A stretch of 64,000 nucleotides of DNA from a virus (IMGVR_UViG_3300037602_000018:39050-103049), one strand, 5' to 3'. Numbered from the stretch's first letter, positions 19,146-29,937 are shown. Notes: generated by a model from the letters alone, not told the origin. Numbers and translations are program-made.

Positions 19146-20993
19146 TTAATTATTCTTTATGAGATTACCTTGTTTATCATAAACATTACCAAATCTATCT
19201 ATAGTATATCCTACTGGTAATTGATTAACCATTTGTAAGTTTCTTTCATCTTGCCCAATAGCTCCTATATTTTGTCCTAAATTAGAAGTAGAATCCATAA
19301 GTAATGAACTATATTGGCCTTGGTCTCTATCATTCATATCAGACACCTGCATTCTCATACCTTGATTACGAGCATTTTGTTGGTAATTCATTTCTTCTAC
19401 TCTGGCTCTTTCTCTGGCGTCTAATTCATCAGATTGCATATTAGCATTAGCTAAAGCTTTTTGAGTATTTAGATTTATTCCTAATAAATTACTCATTAAT
19501 GCTCCTGAGTTACCTTGAGAAGTATTTACTAATTGTCTATTGATAGCTCCTTCTTGAGATTCAATATCTCGTTTAATTTGGTCTCTATTTACAAGATTAG
19601 CTTTAAACTTATTTCTTGTATTAAACATATTCAAATCTTTACCTTCTGGTTTATTAGCCAATATCATAGCTAAGTTACCTAATTCAGCAACTGCTGGAGC
19701 ATATCTTAAATAACTTCCATAAACATCTGAACTTTTATTTACAGGTGGAGTTATTTGTTCTATTTGATTATAAGAGGGGTCTTGAGTTATATCGTTACTA
19801 AAGTCAATATTACCAGTCTTTAATACTGGTTGACCTGTAGCATACTCATTTCCAAATGAAGGGTCTGAAGTTATAGGTAATTGATAATCATTTCCATATA
19901 AAGAATTAATAGGTAAATAAGTATCATTGTTAAATATACCAGAGTTATTAAATTCATCTGGGTCATGCATGGGGCCTCCTAAAGCATATATATTTTTACT
20001 ACCATATTTTCTAGCTCCTTTATCTAATTGATAATTTTTTTGCATTGGGTTTTCACCTCTTTGATAAGATTCTAATGCTCTACGTGAATACTCAGCTTTA
20101 GTTTTAGAATCTAAACTATCGTACATAGAATAAACACTATCTGAAGTATCTCCTACGTTTGCTAAATTTTTCATAGACTGAGCAAGATAAGGTAACATAA
20201 AAGATTCTTTACGAACCATTTCTTCTCTGGAAGTGTATTTAGGGCCACCCATAGCCATTTGTTGTTGAGGTTGATCTATATTATGTACTTTTTTATAAGA
20301 TTCCTGAGCATCTATAAGATTCTTAGTTTCTTTCTTTAACATATTTTTAGCATAAGGGTCATTAGGTCTTTCTTTATCATTCATCATTTTAGATACATCT
20401 GCAAAAGATTTCCCAATAGCTTTTTTAGGTAAACCATATTCTTCAGCTAATTTTTTATTAACTTTTAGTCTATCTGAAAATACATAATTGTCAGACATAG
20501 TTTCTCCTTCTTCTACACTAGCATTAGAGCCAATGGGGATACCCCCAAGTTTGTTTTGCTCGTGAGTACCCCCTTCAGTAAATTCAGTTAACTTACCTCC
20601 ATTGGCATAGATATATCCCCCATTTTTAAATACTTTATTCTCATCTATCAGGCCCCATGTAGAAGAAGTGAGTAATTGTCTACCTGTTCCTTCCCAAAAA
20701 CCATGTTCATCTATATTAGATGTTAAACTTTTATGACTAAAATTACCAGCAGCTCCTTTAGCCATTCTTTCACCTAAATCATCTCCTTTATCTACAGTAT
20801 AATCTCCACCAGTTAAAGCATCCGCACCTGTATTAGACATTTGTATAAAGGGAGCAGCCATAGGAATCATTGAACCTACACTATTTGCAAGTTGATCACT
20901 GGTTTGACTTAATTGCCCATAGCTATCTATATCCTCTTGGGTAAGTCCACCATAGGCTTTTTTATATTTAGATTTAGAGTTTTTATATTTCAT
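19146..20993 (-). CDS. Virion cargo protein with repeated [FYMA]xxGG motifs
   Basis: GGTHEQN..GGI.....VEEGE.....VFSDRL block; Gln/Asn-rich C-terminus; directly follows the muzzle gene. Confidence 0.75.
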   Translation of the reverse strand: MKYKNSKSKYKKAYGGLTQEDIDSYGQLSQTSDQLANSVGSMIPMAAPFIQMSNTGADALTGGDYTVDKGDDLGERMAKGAAGNFSHKSLTSNIDEHGFWEGTGRQLLTSSTWGLIDENKVFKNGGYIYANGGKLTEFTEGGTHEQNKLGGIPIGSNASVEEGETMSDNYVFSDRLKVNKKLAEEYGLPKKAIGKSFADVSKMMNDKERPNDPYAKNMLKKETKNLIDAQESYKKVHNIDQPQQQMAMGGPKYTSREEMVRKESFMLPYLAQSMKNLANVGDTSDSVYSMYDSLDSKTKAEYSRRALESYQRGENPMQKNYQLDKGARKYGSKNIYALGGPMHDPDEFNNSGIFNNDTYLPINSLYGNDYQLPITSDPSFGNEYATGQPVLKTGNIDFSNDITQDPSYNQIEQITPPVNKSSDVYGSYLRYAPAVAELGNLAMILANKPEGKDLNMFNTRNKFKANLVNRDQIKRDIESQEGAINRQLVNTSQGNSGALMSNLLGINLNTQKALANANMQSDELDARERARVEEMNYQQNARNQGMRMQVSDMNDRDQGQYSSLLMDSTSNLGQNIGAIGQDERNLQMVNQLPVGYTIDRFGNVYDKQGNLIKNN

Positions 20994-21078
20994 GTTTACA
21001 AAACTATTTTAAAAAGTTAGTACGTACAAATAAAATGGGGGATAATATCTATACGTACTTTATTAAGGATATATATAT

Positions 21079-24000
21079 TTATATAAAACTAGCAGGTAAA
21101 ACATTATACGATATAATTATATCTTGTAATTCTAATTTAGAAACTCCATCGTTTTGAAATTCTAATGTAAGATATAAGTATTGAGATCTTAACCTATTTC
21201 TAGTGTTATTTTGTCTTGGTAAATTAATTCTCCATTCTCTGAATTTTCTAATAACATTTTCACCTACAGTAAGCTCTATATCAGCATTTTGATAATCATT
21301 ATAAGCCTTTAATGAAGTTATAGTTTCTAAAGGAATATCTGTTTCATTCCTTATAACTTTAGAATTATATAATAAGTTATTAAATACTTTAGTAACATCT
21401 ACATCAGGATTTAATATAAATGTAACATAAGATTTAATTGGAGCTTGGTCAAAATAAATTCCATAGTTATTAGTTTTATTGAGGTATAAAGAAGTTAAAC
21501 TATCATTTACACTAAATGAATTTTTTCCATTTATAAAATTTAAAGAAGATTTTATAGGATGAAAATTATGAAATCCGTTAGTAAGATTATTAAATGTAAT
21601 AGTATAATTATCTGAGGTTTCTAATTCAGCTTGTAATATGGTAATATATACTTCTTGTAATTCATTATCAAAATAACCTGTTATGCCTTTTTTAATTAAA
21701 GGATTATCTGATTTAAGAATATCATAGTTTAATCTCTTTCTAAAAAAAGAATGCATACCTTCTATATCAGATACAGGCTTTACATTATTATTTACTAACA
21801 TTAATTTTTTATTATTTAAGTCAATATAATATAAACCATAAGGAGATTTAATAACTCCAAATTGATTTATACTTCCACTAGAAGTACTTAAATATTTATA
21901 ATCTTGTAATGTTTCTCCAGAACCAATTAATACAGAGACTCCATCAGATGATTGTTGATATACTCTAGGATTTATAATTAATCTTGCTACAGCTTCTGAT
22001 TGTAAAGTATATAATTCATCAGCAAATTCATAAACACCTGTAATAGCTCCATATTTAGCATTTAAGTCTTTATAATTATTAGTTCCAAATCTCAACCAAT
22101 TGTCAACTAATTCTCCATTTATTTTAGTATCTGATATTATAACACGAGTATCAAATTCTGAAATTTCAGTAAAGTTAAATGGTTTAGGAGTACCTTGATC
22201 ATATTTCTTCTGAAGACTATATACGTTATTGTATTCATAAAAATCATCAAAAGTATAACCTACTCTGGATAATGGATAATCATTACTATTATTTCTATCA
22301 GTTCTTAAATCTAAATTAATAGATGTTTCTACTGGAAATATAATAGATTCTCTCCATGAAGTATTAAATATAAAAGATTCAGGAGAATACGCTGTAGTCC
22401 TTGCTAAATTAAAATAAGATACATAAGTATCTCCATTAAATACTTCAACTGTATTTTGAGATTTAGGCACATGGTCACTTACTACAACAGGGTTACCTCT
22501 ACTTATAGCTTCATAAGTATCTCCTCCATATTGATTTTGTACAATTCTTTTATGGTCTACTAAAGGAAAAACTTCAATAGGAGTTTTAGGAATTACATTA
22601 CTTTGTGTTAAAACAGTACCTAAACCTTTTTGATAAAACCCTATTTGCATAGTAAGGTTTTTAGAATTATAAGATCTTAATTTATGTCTGTTATTTCCTT
22701 GATTTCTTTGGACATAAATACTATCCATAAATTCAACATTCTGTCCTATAATATCTGTATAAGATTGTAATGTATCATCACTATTATCAACTAATAAGTG
22801 TCCATTATTTTTAAGTAAAGCAGAACCATTAGAGGTCATTACAGTAGCTTTCCTTATAATAGACCTATAGTTTTTTTCATCTCCTGAATTATCAGAAAGA
22901 ATTATAGAACCTACATTATAACCACCAAAGTTTTTACCATCTCCTTCTCTAACCCATAATCCTAAAGAAGGGTCAAAAATAGTACTTTCAGCATAAGACC
23001 TGCTTACTCCATTATATTTAGGCCCTACAACATCATCAAAATTATTTCTATATCTCCATGTTTTATTCCATGTATTTGCAACTCCTCCTACTAATATCAT
23101 ATAATCTGTAGAACTTGCTGAATATTCATTGAATATAATTTCAGGAGAAAACAATTGTACTATATGACTATTCATTTTATAATGAGAGCCATTTTCTGAA
23201 AATACTTCTAAATTTAAATCTACTTCATCTTCTATAGGATGATTAACTGTAAGAGAAGGAGTTTTACTATGCCATGTTCTAAATAAATAAGAAGGTTGTA
23301 ATTTTTCAGCGTATTCAGGACTACCAGCAGCATTTTCATTAGGAGAAGCTACCATAGGATTTATAATACCTTGAGATACAATAGTTTTATCACTATCTGT
23401 TCTTTCTGACCTTAGTATCTCGTAAGACACTACATCTGAAGGTAAATTATTTACTGTAACTTCTACATATAAAGCAGAGAAAAATACATCTAAATTTTTT
23501 TGTACAGTAATAGGAAATTCATCCTGATTAGGCATTCTTAAATCACAAATCCATTTAACAAAACTATGTTGTCCTTTTATATTAGTAGTCCTTAAATAAA
23601 ATCTGTAAACTTCATCTCTTTTAAGAGATTTAGGAGTTCTTGGGTCTATATAAGAATTATCTTTATTTAAAGTAATATTAGCTTTTGTATAAGTATCTTC
23701 AGGCTTAAATAATTTTCTTTTAATCTGTATTTTAACATTTTTACCTTGTGCACCTAATGTAGTACCATCTCCTTGATAAATATATTTATTAAAATTAGGG
23801 TCTTGAGTTTCTCCTACATTTAAATAAGTTAAGCTTTGTTCAGCTTTATTTGAAGGATTAATACAATCCCATGTTTCATCAATAGTTTGAGAATTTAAAT
23901 TACTTATATTAAATGTTAAATCTCCCCTAGTATTATCTCTTAATAAAGTGTCTCCGTTAGAATCAAATCTAAAAGCTCTGGCATCAAAGTCTATATCATA

Positions 24001-25062
24001 CTTTTGGTATTTTATATTAACAGGAAATAAAATATTATCCTTGGTTTCTAAGTCCTTAATGATCATAGGGTCATTTCCTAGAAATAATATTTCTTCTAAT
24101 GTAATTGCTCCTACATCAAGATTACCATCGTCTAAAAAAGTATAAGTATTAGTACTTATTTCTTCTTCTATAATAATTTTTACTTCTGGAACATTATTTA
24201 TATTAGACCAAAATAATCTATACACCTTTAGATAAGTCATATCTTCAGGTATATTACTTAATTCTATTTCATAACTTTTTCTAATAATTTCTCCTTCAGG
24301 TAAACCTTTACCTTCATTAACTGTAATTAAATCAGAGAATGGAGAAATTTTAGTTTCTGCTCCATTCTTATTGTAAGTGTTATAAGCATATTGAATAACA
24401 CCTGCTGTAAAATTCCCACCTTCTTTAATATTAATTAATTTAGGTTTAGAATAAAACATATTAGGAGAAGTCTCTAATTCATCAATATCAATATTAATTA
24501 AATTTTCATCTGCTACATTAGCAAATTTAAAAAGAGTAGTATTATCTGTAAAATAGATTTTTTTAATTAAAGAATTTTCATACCTACCTAATGCTTTTCT
24601 TATAGGAGTATTTATAGAATATCCTAAATCATCTACATATTTTAAACTTAAATTATTATTTATGGGATTATATAAAAATATAGCCCCATAACCAACATTG
24701 ATTAAATCTGAAGTAAAAATTACTATTTCTTCTCTAATGTTAACAGCATAATTAAATCTAAGATTATTTAAATCAGGTACATTATTTTTATTAGGATTTG
24801 TATAAATTACAGTTTCTAAAGTTGTACCAGTATTAAAATCTTTAACTTCAAAATTACCTCCTGATGCACCTTGTACATTAATAATTTTAGGTAACCTTTT
24901 TTTAAAAGTATTACCTTTTTCATTAGTAAAGGCAAAACCAGATTGAGAATCATCTGTAACAATTCTCATCCCATAGGCTTCAAAATAATGGTCTTGAGGA
25001 TATTTATTGGGGGATATATCCTGCGTCATTTTAGTAGGAGATACTTTAGCCTTCTTAATCAT
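21079..25062 (-). CDS. Tail muzzle/stabilisation protein (P22 gp10-like)
   Basis: 1327 aa; KIYFTDN, SLKRDEVYRF, QYGG.TYEA, GDTYV, NGELVDNW.RF, KFREWR, RLRSQY motifs. Confidence 0.85.
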   Translation of the reverse strand: MIKKAKVSPTKMTQDISPNKYPQDHYFEAYGMRIVTDDSQSGFAFTNEKGNTFKKRLPKIINVQGASGGNFEVKDFNTGTTLETVIYTNPNKNNVPDLNNLRFNYAVNIREEIVIFTSDLINVGYGAIFLYNPINNNLSLKYVDDLGYSINTPIRKALGRYENSLIKKIYFTDNTTLFKFANVADENLINIDIDELETSPNMFYSKPKLINIKEGGNFTAGVIQYAYNTYNKNGAETKISPFSDLITVNEGKGLPEGEIIRKSYEIELSNIPEDMTYLKVYRLFWSNINNVPEVKIIIEEEISTNTYTFLDDGNLDVGAITLEEILFLGNDPMIIKDLETKDNILFPVNIKYQKYDIDFDARAFRFDSNGDTLLRDNTRGDLTFNISNLNSQTIDETWDCINPSNKAEQSLTYLNVGETQDPNFNKYIYQGDGTTLGAQGKNVKIQIKRKLFKPEDTYTKANITLNKDNSYIDPRTPKSLKRDEVYRFYLRTTNIKGQHSFVKWICDLRMPNQDEFPITVQKNLDVFFSALYVEVTVNNLPSDVVSYEILRSERTDSDKTIVSQGIINPMVASPNENAAGSPEYAEKLQPSYLFRTWHSKTPSLTVNHPIEDEVDLNLEVFSENGSHYKMNSHIVQLFSPEIIFNEYSASSTDYMILVGGVANTWNKTWRYRNNFDDVVGPKYNGVSRSYAESTIFDPSLGLWVREGDGKNFGGYNVGSIILSDNSGDEKNYRSIIRKATVMTSNGSALLKNNGHLLVDNSDDTLQSYTDIIGQNVEFMDSIYVQRNQGNNRHKLRSYNSKNLTMQIGFYQKGLGTVLTQSNVIPKTPIEVFPLVDHKRIVQNQYGGDTYEAISRGNPVVVSDHVPKSQNTVEVFNGDTYVSYFNLARTTAYSPESFIFNTSWRESIIFPVETSINLDLRTDRNNSNDYPLSRVGYTFDDFYEYNNVYSLQKKYDQGTPKPFNFTEISEFDTRVIISDTKINGELVDNWLRFGTNNYKDLNAKYGAITGVYEFADELYTLQSEAVARLIINPRVYQQSSDGVSVLIGSGETLQDYKYLSTSSGSINQFGVIKSPYGLYYIDLNNKKLMLVNNNVKPVSDIEGMHSFFRKRLNYDILKSDNPLIKKGITGYFDNELQEVYITILQAELETSDNYTITFNNLTNGFHNFHPIKSSLNFINGKNSFSVNDSLTSLYLNKTNNYGIYFDQAPIKSYVTFILNPDVDVTKVFNNLLYNSKVIRNETDIPLETITSLKAYNDYQNADIELTVGENVIRKFREWRINLPRQNNTRNRLRSQYLYLTLEFQNDGVSKLELQDIIISYNVLPASFI

Positions 25063-25778
25063 TAAGGTTGAATTTTAAATTGTTCTGCTACACCTGTACC
25101 TTTATAAAATTTACTATGAGCTAAAGGTTCTTCAATTAATCTTGTCATTTGATTAGCTAAAGATTCCATTTGATCATATGAAAGCATATTAGCTCTGCTT
25201 TGAGCAGCTCCCATATACCATGCTCTTTGTTGTTCAAAATACTGTAATTTATCTCCAGTAATTTTATTAATAACAAATAGTTTTTCAGCTATTTTCCATA
25301 ATACGTGATAAGTTACAGCTTCTTTGAATTTAATATCTTCAGGAATTAACGGATAACCATTTTTATCTACAGGCATACCTCTATAATCCATTTCAACAAT
25401 ACCTTCTTCAAATGAAGTATAAATCATATCTCCATTTAAAGAATAAGTTAAATTACTACTACAGGTTAAATCTGGAGAAGAATTGTCATGCCATTTAGAA
25501 TGAAAACTTTCCGTAGCGTATCTTAATGGGGCATACGAACTACCTGTTTTAACTCTTGTTTGATTAATGTAAACTATATTACAGGGTAATTCCCCTCTAT
25601 GGTTTACTATATCTATTTTTTCTACAATACCTTCCATGTACTTATAACTTCCTATAAGTAATAAAGCATCTGCAATATGTCTTACTAAAGTACCAAAATT
25701 AATATCTTCATTGTCAAAAGTATCAAATACTCTCTCAACAATTTCATATACAGAAGTATATCCTGACGGTGTTAACAT
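25062..25778 (-). CDS. Tail ring/tubular protein
   Basis: I.TSFEEG.VE..Y.G.PVD.NGYPLIPED motif; position upstream of the muzzle gene. Confidence 0.75.
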   Translation of the reverse strand: MLTPSGYTSVYEIVERVFDTFDNEDINFGTLVRHIADALLLIGSYKYMEGIVEKIDIVNHRGELPCNIVYINQTRVKTGSSYAPLRYATESFHSKWHDNSSPDLTCSSNLTYSLNGDMIYTSFEEGIVEMDYRGMPVDKNGYPLIPEDIKFKEAVTYHVLWKIAEKLFVINKITGDKLQYFEQQRAWYMGAAQSRANMLSYDQMESLANQMTRLIEEPLAHSKFYKGTGVAEQFKIQP

Positions 25779-25782
25779 TTAT

Positions 25783-26316
25783 TTATAATTCAAAAAAATT
25801 AATAGTTCCTTTATTAATTGCTTCCTTTAGTTTAATCTTATTAGTTCTGGTAGGTTTAAACCACCACATATATCTATTAGTAACTGTAGATGTATTTTTC
25901 ATATAATAATACTTATATACATATCCATTACTATGTTTATTTAAATGTCTTATTAAAACATTCTTTTCTTTAGCCTCTGGTTTATTTTTCCATAATTCTA
26001 AAGTTTTATTCCAATCTACAGGTATATTAGCTATTTGCTTACCTTCTTCATTAAATTTATATTTTACTTTATATTTATGAATTCTAAATCTACCTAATTT
26101 ACAAGGAGTTTTAAATTCAAAATTTTCATAAATCATTTTTTCAATTATCCCATCGAAAAATAATTTCATAAATTTTACATAAGTAGTTCTATCTATATAG
26201 TATTTACTATCTTTATTCTTAAAATTATTCTCTTTGTAATACTTATAAAAATCAGCAGTACCTATATCAGCAGTAACTAATTGTTTTGATTTACCTTTTC
26301 TAGCTCCCTTTGGCAT
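25783..26316 (-). CDS. IHF/HU-like protein of the crAss-like tail module
   Basis: F.TPCKLGRFRI.K, PVDWNKT.ELW, N.HSNGY, F.PTR.NK motifs. Confidence 0.75.
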   Translation of the reverse strand: MPKGARKGKSKQLVTADIGTADFYKYYKENNFKNKDSKYYIDRTTYVKFMKLFFDGIIEKMIYENFEFKTPCKLGRFRIHKYKVKYKFNEEGKQIANIPVDWNKTLELWKNKPEAKEKNVLIRHLNKHSNGYVYKYYYMKNTSTVTNRYMWWFKPTRTNKIKLKEAINKGTINFFEL

Positions 26317-26429
26317 TCTTTACTTATTATATATCCTTTAGTTGTTTCTTCTCCTCCCCACCAATTTAAAACTAACAATCTTAAATTATCTTCTTCATCT
26401 GTATAAACTTTACTACTTTGATTTAGCAT
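26277..26429 (-). CDS. Possible small hypothetical protein (50 aa)
   Basis: Hand-translated MLNQSSKVYTDEEDNLRLLVLNWWGG...; fills a gap in the operon. Confidence 0.35.
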   Translation of the reverse strand: MLNQSSKVYTDEEDNLRLLVLNWWGGEETTKGYIISKECQRELEKVNQNN

Positions 26430-26500
26430 CTAAATATATTTTAATATCTTTTTCATATGGAACTAATTTATTCAATTCTTCTTGAGTATAATCTAACCAT

Positions 26501-27175
26501 TTATTTCGATTCTGCATCATTTTCTAAATCTTCTGGTATTTGTAGTTTAAAAGCAAATGATTTTAATACTTGTGGAGTAATATAAGCTAATACATGAGCT
26601 TTAATAGGATAGTTAAATGTATCTAAATTAAAACAATCAGTACCACTAGCACAATCCATAAAATCTTTTATGTCTAAAGGATCTTCAAGTATTACTTGTA
26701 CAGATACTTTCTCTAAAAATTTATGTAATCTATTACTTGATTTAAAATACAAGTAACCATTATTATGTTTAGATACATAAACTTCTTTACTGTTATACTT
26801 AGAATTACCTGAGAATGGAAATTGATTCCATGATACTAATGAAAAAGGTTTAGTACCTAATTGTGTTGAGGTAACTCTAAGTAATGTATTTTTATGATGT
26901 AACTCTAATAAATTAGGTAAAGGAATAGTACTTCTAAGGATGGTGCAATCTGAATCAATACAACATTCATCATCAGAAGCTTCCTCCAGAGATACACATA
27001 AAGTTTGTTTAATTTCTTCATCTACTGCTCTTGAATTTTTATTATATTCATTTCTATAAAATAATGCTCTCTGATTATTTACTTCAAAGATTATTTCTCT
27101 ATCATCTATATTAGAATCATCCACTACTTCACGTAGTTTCTCTCTAATAGAATATATTACTTCATTATATTTCAT
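26501..27175 (-). CDS. Tail ring protein
   Basis: I.QTLCV.LE..., ILRS..PLP.LL, LEDP, YPI, IPED.END motifs of crAss-like ring proteins. Confidence 0.75.
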   Translation of the reverse strand: MKYNEVIYSIREKLREVVDDSNIDDREIIFEVNNQRALFYRNEYNKNSRAVDEEIKQTLCVSLEEASDDECCIDSDCTILRSTIPLPNLLELHHKNTLLRVTSTQLGTKPFSLVSWNQFPFSGNSKYNSKEVYVSKHNNGYLYFKSSNRLHKFLEKVSVQVILEDPLDIKDFMDCASGTDCFNLDTFNYPIKAHVLAYITPQVLKSFAFKLQIPEDLENDAESK

Positions 27176-27232
27176 GTCTTTATATTCAAAGCATCATATA
27201 AACTTCTACCTTTATAAGGTTTCTCTTTATAA

Positions 27233-28159
27233 TCAGTTTTTAACAAATTCTTTATAGGCTGTGTTAGAAATTTTATAATCATGTTTACAATCATTACATT
27301 TCATTAATCTTTGTATTGTTCCTGCTTTAGTAATAACAGATTTAACATATTCTACATCTTCTGAACCACAATTAGGACAACTCCATTTAGCTTTACCTTC
27401 ATGTACTCCTACATGTGTGTTAGTATCTACATAAGATTGAATCTTATGATATATATCCTCTAGTAAAACTACATCTTGGTTACAGTAAGTTACCATTTGT
27501 TTTAAAGCTTCTTTATCGTTTTTAAAACAAACTTTTTCCCATAAATCAGATTCTGTTTTATATTTTTCACCTATGTTTAAATATTTACCAATATCATTCA
27601 AACGATTACTAGGAAAGTTAAAATAGTATCTCGCTTTCTGTAAAGTATCTAAAGATTTAATAACTGAATTAAAAGGAATTCCGTGATAAAGACATCTTGT
27701 TCTAAGCCATTTAATATCAAATTTATCTGAATTATGGCCTATAATTTCATCAGCCTTATTTAATTCTTTAACAAAAGTTTCTAATAATTTTTTATCATTC
27801 CATAAATCCTGCCATGTAATATTATAAACAGTATCTTCATTTTCCCATTTCCAAGATACACATATTATTGAAGCATGATTAATAATATTATGATAACCCA
27901 ATTTAACTTTAAAACCAGGTCGCCAAAACCAACCTATACAAGGAGAAGTTTCAATATCAAAAAACATTCTTTTAATACTATGTTTTTTTGGTTTATTCTC
28001 TGGCTCTGATTGAGTATTAAATAATCTTAAAGCTTCAGCACAATCTTCTATAGATACGTCATATCCTTTCTTTTCAAGAATTAAAGCTAATCTAAATTTA
28101 CCTTCTTTTTTATATCCTGGTTTAGAATATAAAAATTTTAAAATTCCTTCTACTTTCAT
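27233..28159 (-). CDS. DnaQ/RNase H-like 3'-5' exonuclease with C-terminal Zn ribbon
   Basis: FFDIET, IGHNSDKFD and YCNQDV (Exo I-III motifs); CPNC...CNDC. Confidence 0.85.
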   Translation of the reverse strand: MKVEGILKFLYSKPGYKKEGKFRLALILEKKGYDVSIEDCAEALRLFNTQSEPENKPKKHSIKRMFFDIETSPCIGWFWRPGFKVKLGYHNIINHASIICVSWKWENEDTVYNITWQDLWNDKKLLETFVKELNKADEIIGHNSDKFDIKWLRTRCLYHGIPFNSVIKSLDTLQKARYYFNFPSNRLNDIGKYLNIGEKYKTESDLWEKVCFKNDKEALKQMVTYCNQDVVLLEDIYHKIQSYVDTNTHVGVHEGKAKWSCPNCGSEDVEYVKSVITKAGTIQRLMKCNDCKHDYKISNTAYKEFVKN

Positions 28160-28173
28160 TTATCTATTTTTAA

Positions 28174-29172
28174 TTAATCTACTAACTCTGCTAGTAACAT
28201 ATATTTAACACCATTGATAGAAACTTCTATCTTAGTGTCATGAGAACCAGTTGCATCTGGAGAAGGTGTACCTAATTCCCAAGCACCTGCTAATTCATTC
28301 AAATTAGTATCTGATGTTTTAATCGTTTTTGCAAAATCTATATCATTAACAGAATTTTCTGCTAAGTTAGTAATAAATTTGGAAACAGAATTATCTGTTT
28401 CACTTAAATCTATATTTGATTTTGAAACTGATAAAGTAATATAATCTCCATTATCTGTAAAAGAAATAGAATCATCTGTTCTTAAAACTCCATCATCTGA
28501 CGTTGTTCCTAAATAATCAGGAACAGAATCTTCATCTACAGCAACTTTCCCTAACTTGTGTAAATTAATGTCAACCCATTTGACTCCGACTGCTTCATTA
28601 CTGTCAGCTTGTAAAAAAGTATAATCTTCTCCAACAGGAAGTCTAGTATCGTTAGAAGAAGTTCTAACGTGTAAATCTCCTTTTGTAGTTAATATACTTG
28701 AATTTGTTGCATTAATAGTATCTTCATCAATTTCAATACCTGAACCAAATTGTACAAACCTATAAATTTCTTGATCTGCATCCCATAGTAATAAACTATC
28801 TTCTTCTACATTAGGAGTACTTAAACCAGTACCACCTTTACTTACAGGTAATATTCCATCTAATTCTGATAAAGACATTTGAGAAGGTTCTACATCTATA
28901 GATATATCATTAGCATTTTCTGTAACAGATACTTTATCTGAAGCAGCTTTAACTTTTCTAAAATTAAATTGTTTTAAATCAGTAATGTTTTTAAATATAG
29001 AAGCACCAGTACCTAAGTTAGAAGCAGTAATTAATAATTCTAAAAAATTAATTTTAAAATTATCATCATTAGTTTCATCAACACCAACTAAATTAATAGT
29101 AGTGTTAATTAAATCACTCTTAATATCGTTAAAAGATTTAGAAGTAAATTCACTAAACTTCTCCTTGGCCAT
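28174..29172 (-). CDS. Putative tail fibre/fibre-associated protein
   Basis: ASNLGTGASIFK...FRK, GILPVSKGGTG, LTTKGDL......RLPVG fibre-type motifs. Confidence 0.65.
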   Translation of the reverse strand: MAKEKFSEFTSKSFNDIKSDLINTTINLVGVDETNDDNFKINFLELLITASNLGTGASIFKNITDLKQFNFRKVKAASDKVSVTENANDISIDVEPSQMSLSELDGILPVSKGGTGLSTPNVEEDSLLLWDADQEIYRFVQFGSGIEIDEDTINATNSSILTTKGDLHVRTSSNDTRLPVGEDYTFLQADSNEAVGVKWVDINLHKLGKVAVDEDSVPDYLGTTSDDGVLRTDDSISFTDNGDYITLSVSKSNIDLSETDNSVSKFITNLAENSVNDIDFAKTIKTSDTNLNELAGAWELGTPSPDATGSHDTKIEVSINGVKYMLLAELVD

Positions 29173-29410
29173 TAGTTTCGTTTTTAGGTTTAGTAATATC
29201 TTTTACAAATCTATTTAATCCTAAAGTTAATATATCTACAAGTTTATCTTGCGCTCTAATTAGTAATATACCTACTACAGGTAATAAACATAATCCTAAT
29301 AGCGGGATTTCATATAAACTAGGAATAAAAAGTAATACTCCAAATAATACTATAAATAGTATACCTATGGTTGTTGTTATAGGATTTTGCTTAAAGTTGC
29401 TCATAACCAT
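29153..29410 (-). CDS. Putative holin (2 TM)
   Basis: 85 aa, two hydrophobic helices, within the lysis cluster. Confidence 0.6.
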   Translation of the reverse strand: MVMSNFKQNPITTTIGILFIVLFGVLLFIPSLYEIPLLGLCLLPVVGILLIRAQDKLVDILTLGLNRFVKDITKPKNETNGQGEV

Positions 29411-29937
29411 TTTAATTTAAATTGAAATTTTAATACGTACCAAATAAAGAATAATAAAACTACTGTTATAATAAATGTAGGTAAAGACCACCACTTAACT
29501 ACAACTTTAGATTGATTTTTATAATGTTCTAATTCTTTTACTAACTCTTTATTTCTTAAATCATAAGCTCTGATTTCCTGAGTCTTTTCAGATAGTTTAC
29601 TTTGATATTCTTTAACAGACTCTTCACATTCATTATTAAATTGAATAGTTTTACCATCAGAAACTATACTGGAATTACCTGCTTGTACTTTAAATTTTCT
29701 AAGTTTTTTAGAAATAGTATCACAAGGATTTTCTATTTGTATATTTTGATTTTGTGGTAGAGTTTTAACTATAAAAACACTATCTACTTTTCTTTCTATA
29801 TTAGATAATGAATCTATCTTAGTTCTTAATTCAATATTTTCTTCTTTGTAATCAGAAGTTTCAACTAGTTTTTTCTTACTATTACAACTAACAAATATAG
29901 TTAATAAAAGTATTATTACCAAATTATTTTTTATCAT
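29401..29937 (-). CDS. Putative unimolecular spanin
   Basis: Lipobox (LLTIFVS-C) plus C-terminal TM helix (LPTFIITVVLLFFIWYVL); adjacent to the endolysin. Confidence 0.7.
   Translation of the reverse strand: MIKNNLVIILLLTIFVSCNSKKKLVETSDYKEENIELRTKIDSLSNIERKVDSVFIVKTLPQNQNIQIENPCDTISKKLRKFKVQAGNSSIVSDGKTIQFNNECEESVKEYQSKLSEKTQEIRAYDLRNKELVKELEHYKNQSKVVVKWWSLPTFIITVVLLFFIWYVLKFQFKLKWL

Noticed and set aside
26413-26520. 35-aa ORF MMQNRNKWLDY...
   Set aside because: Too short and unsupported; possible but not called
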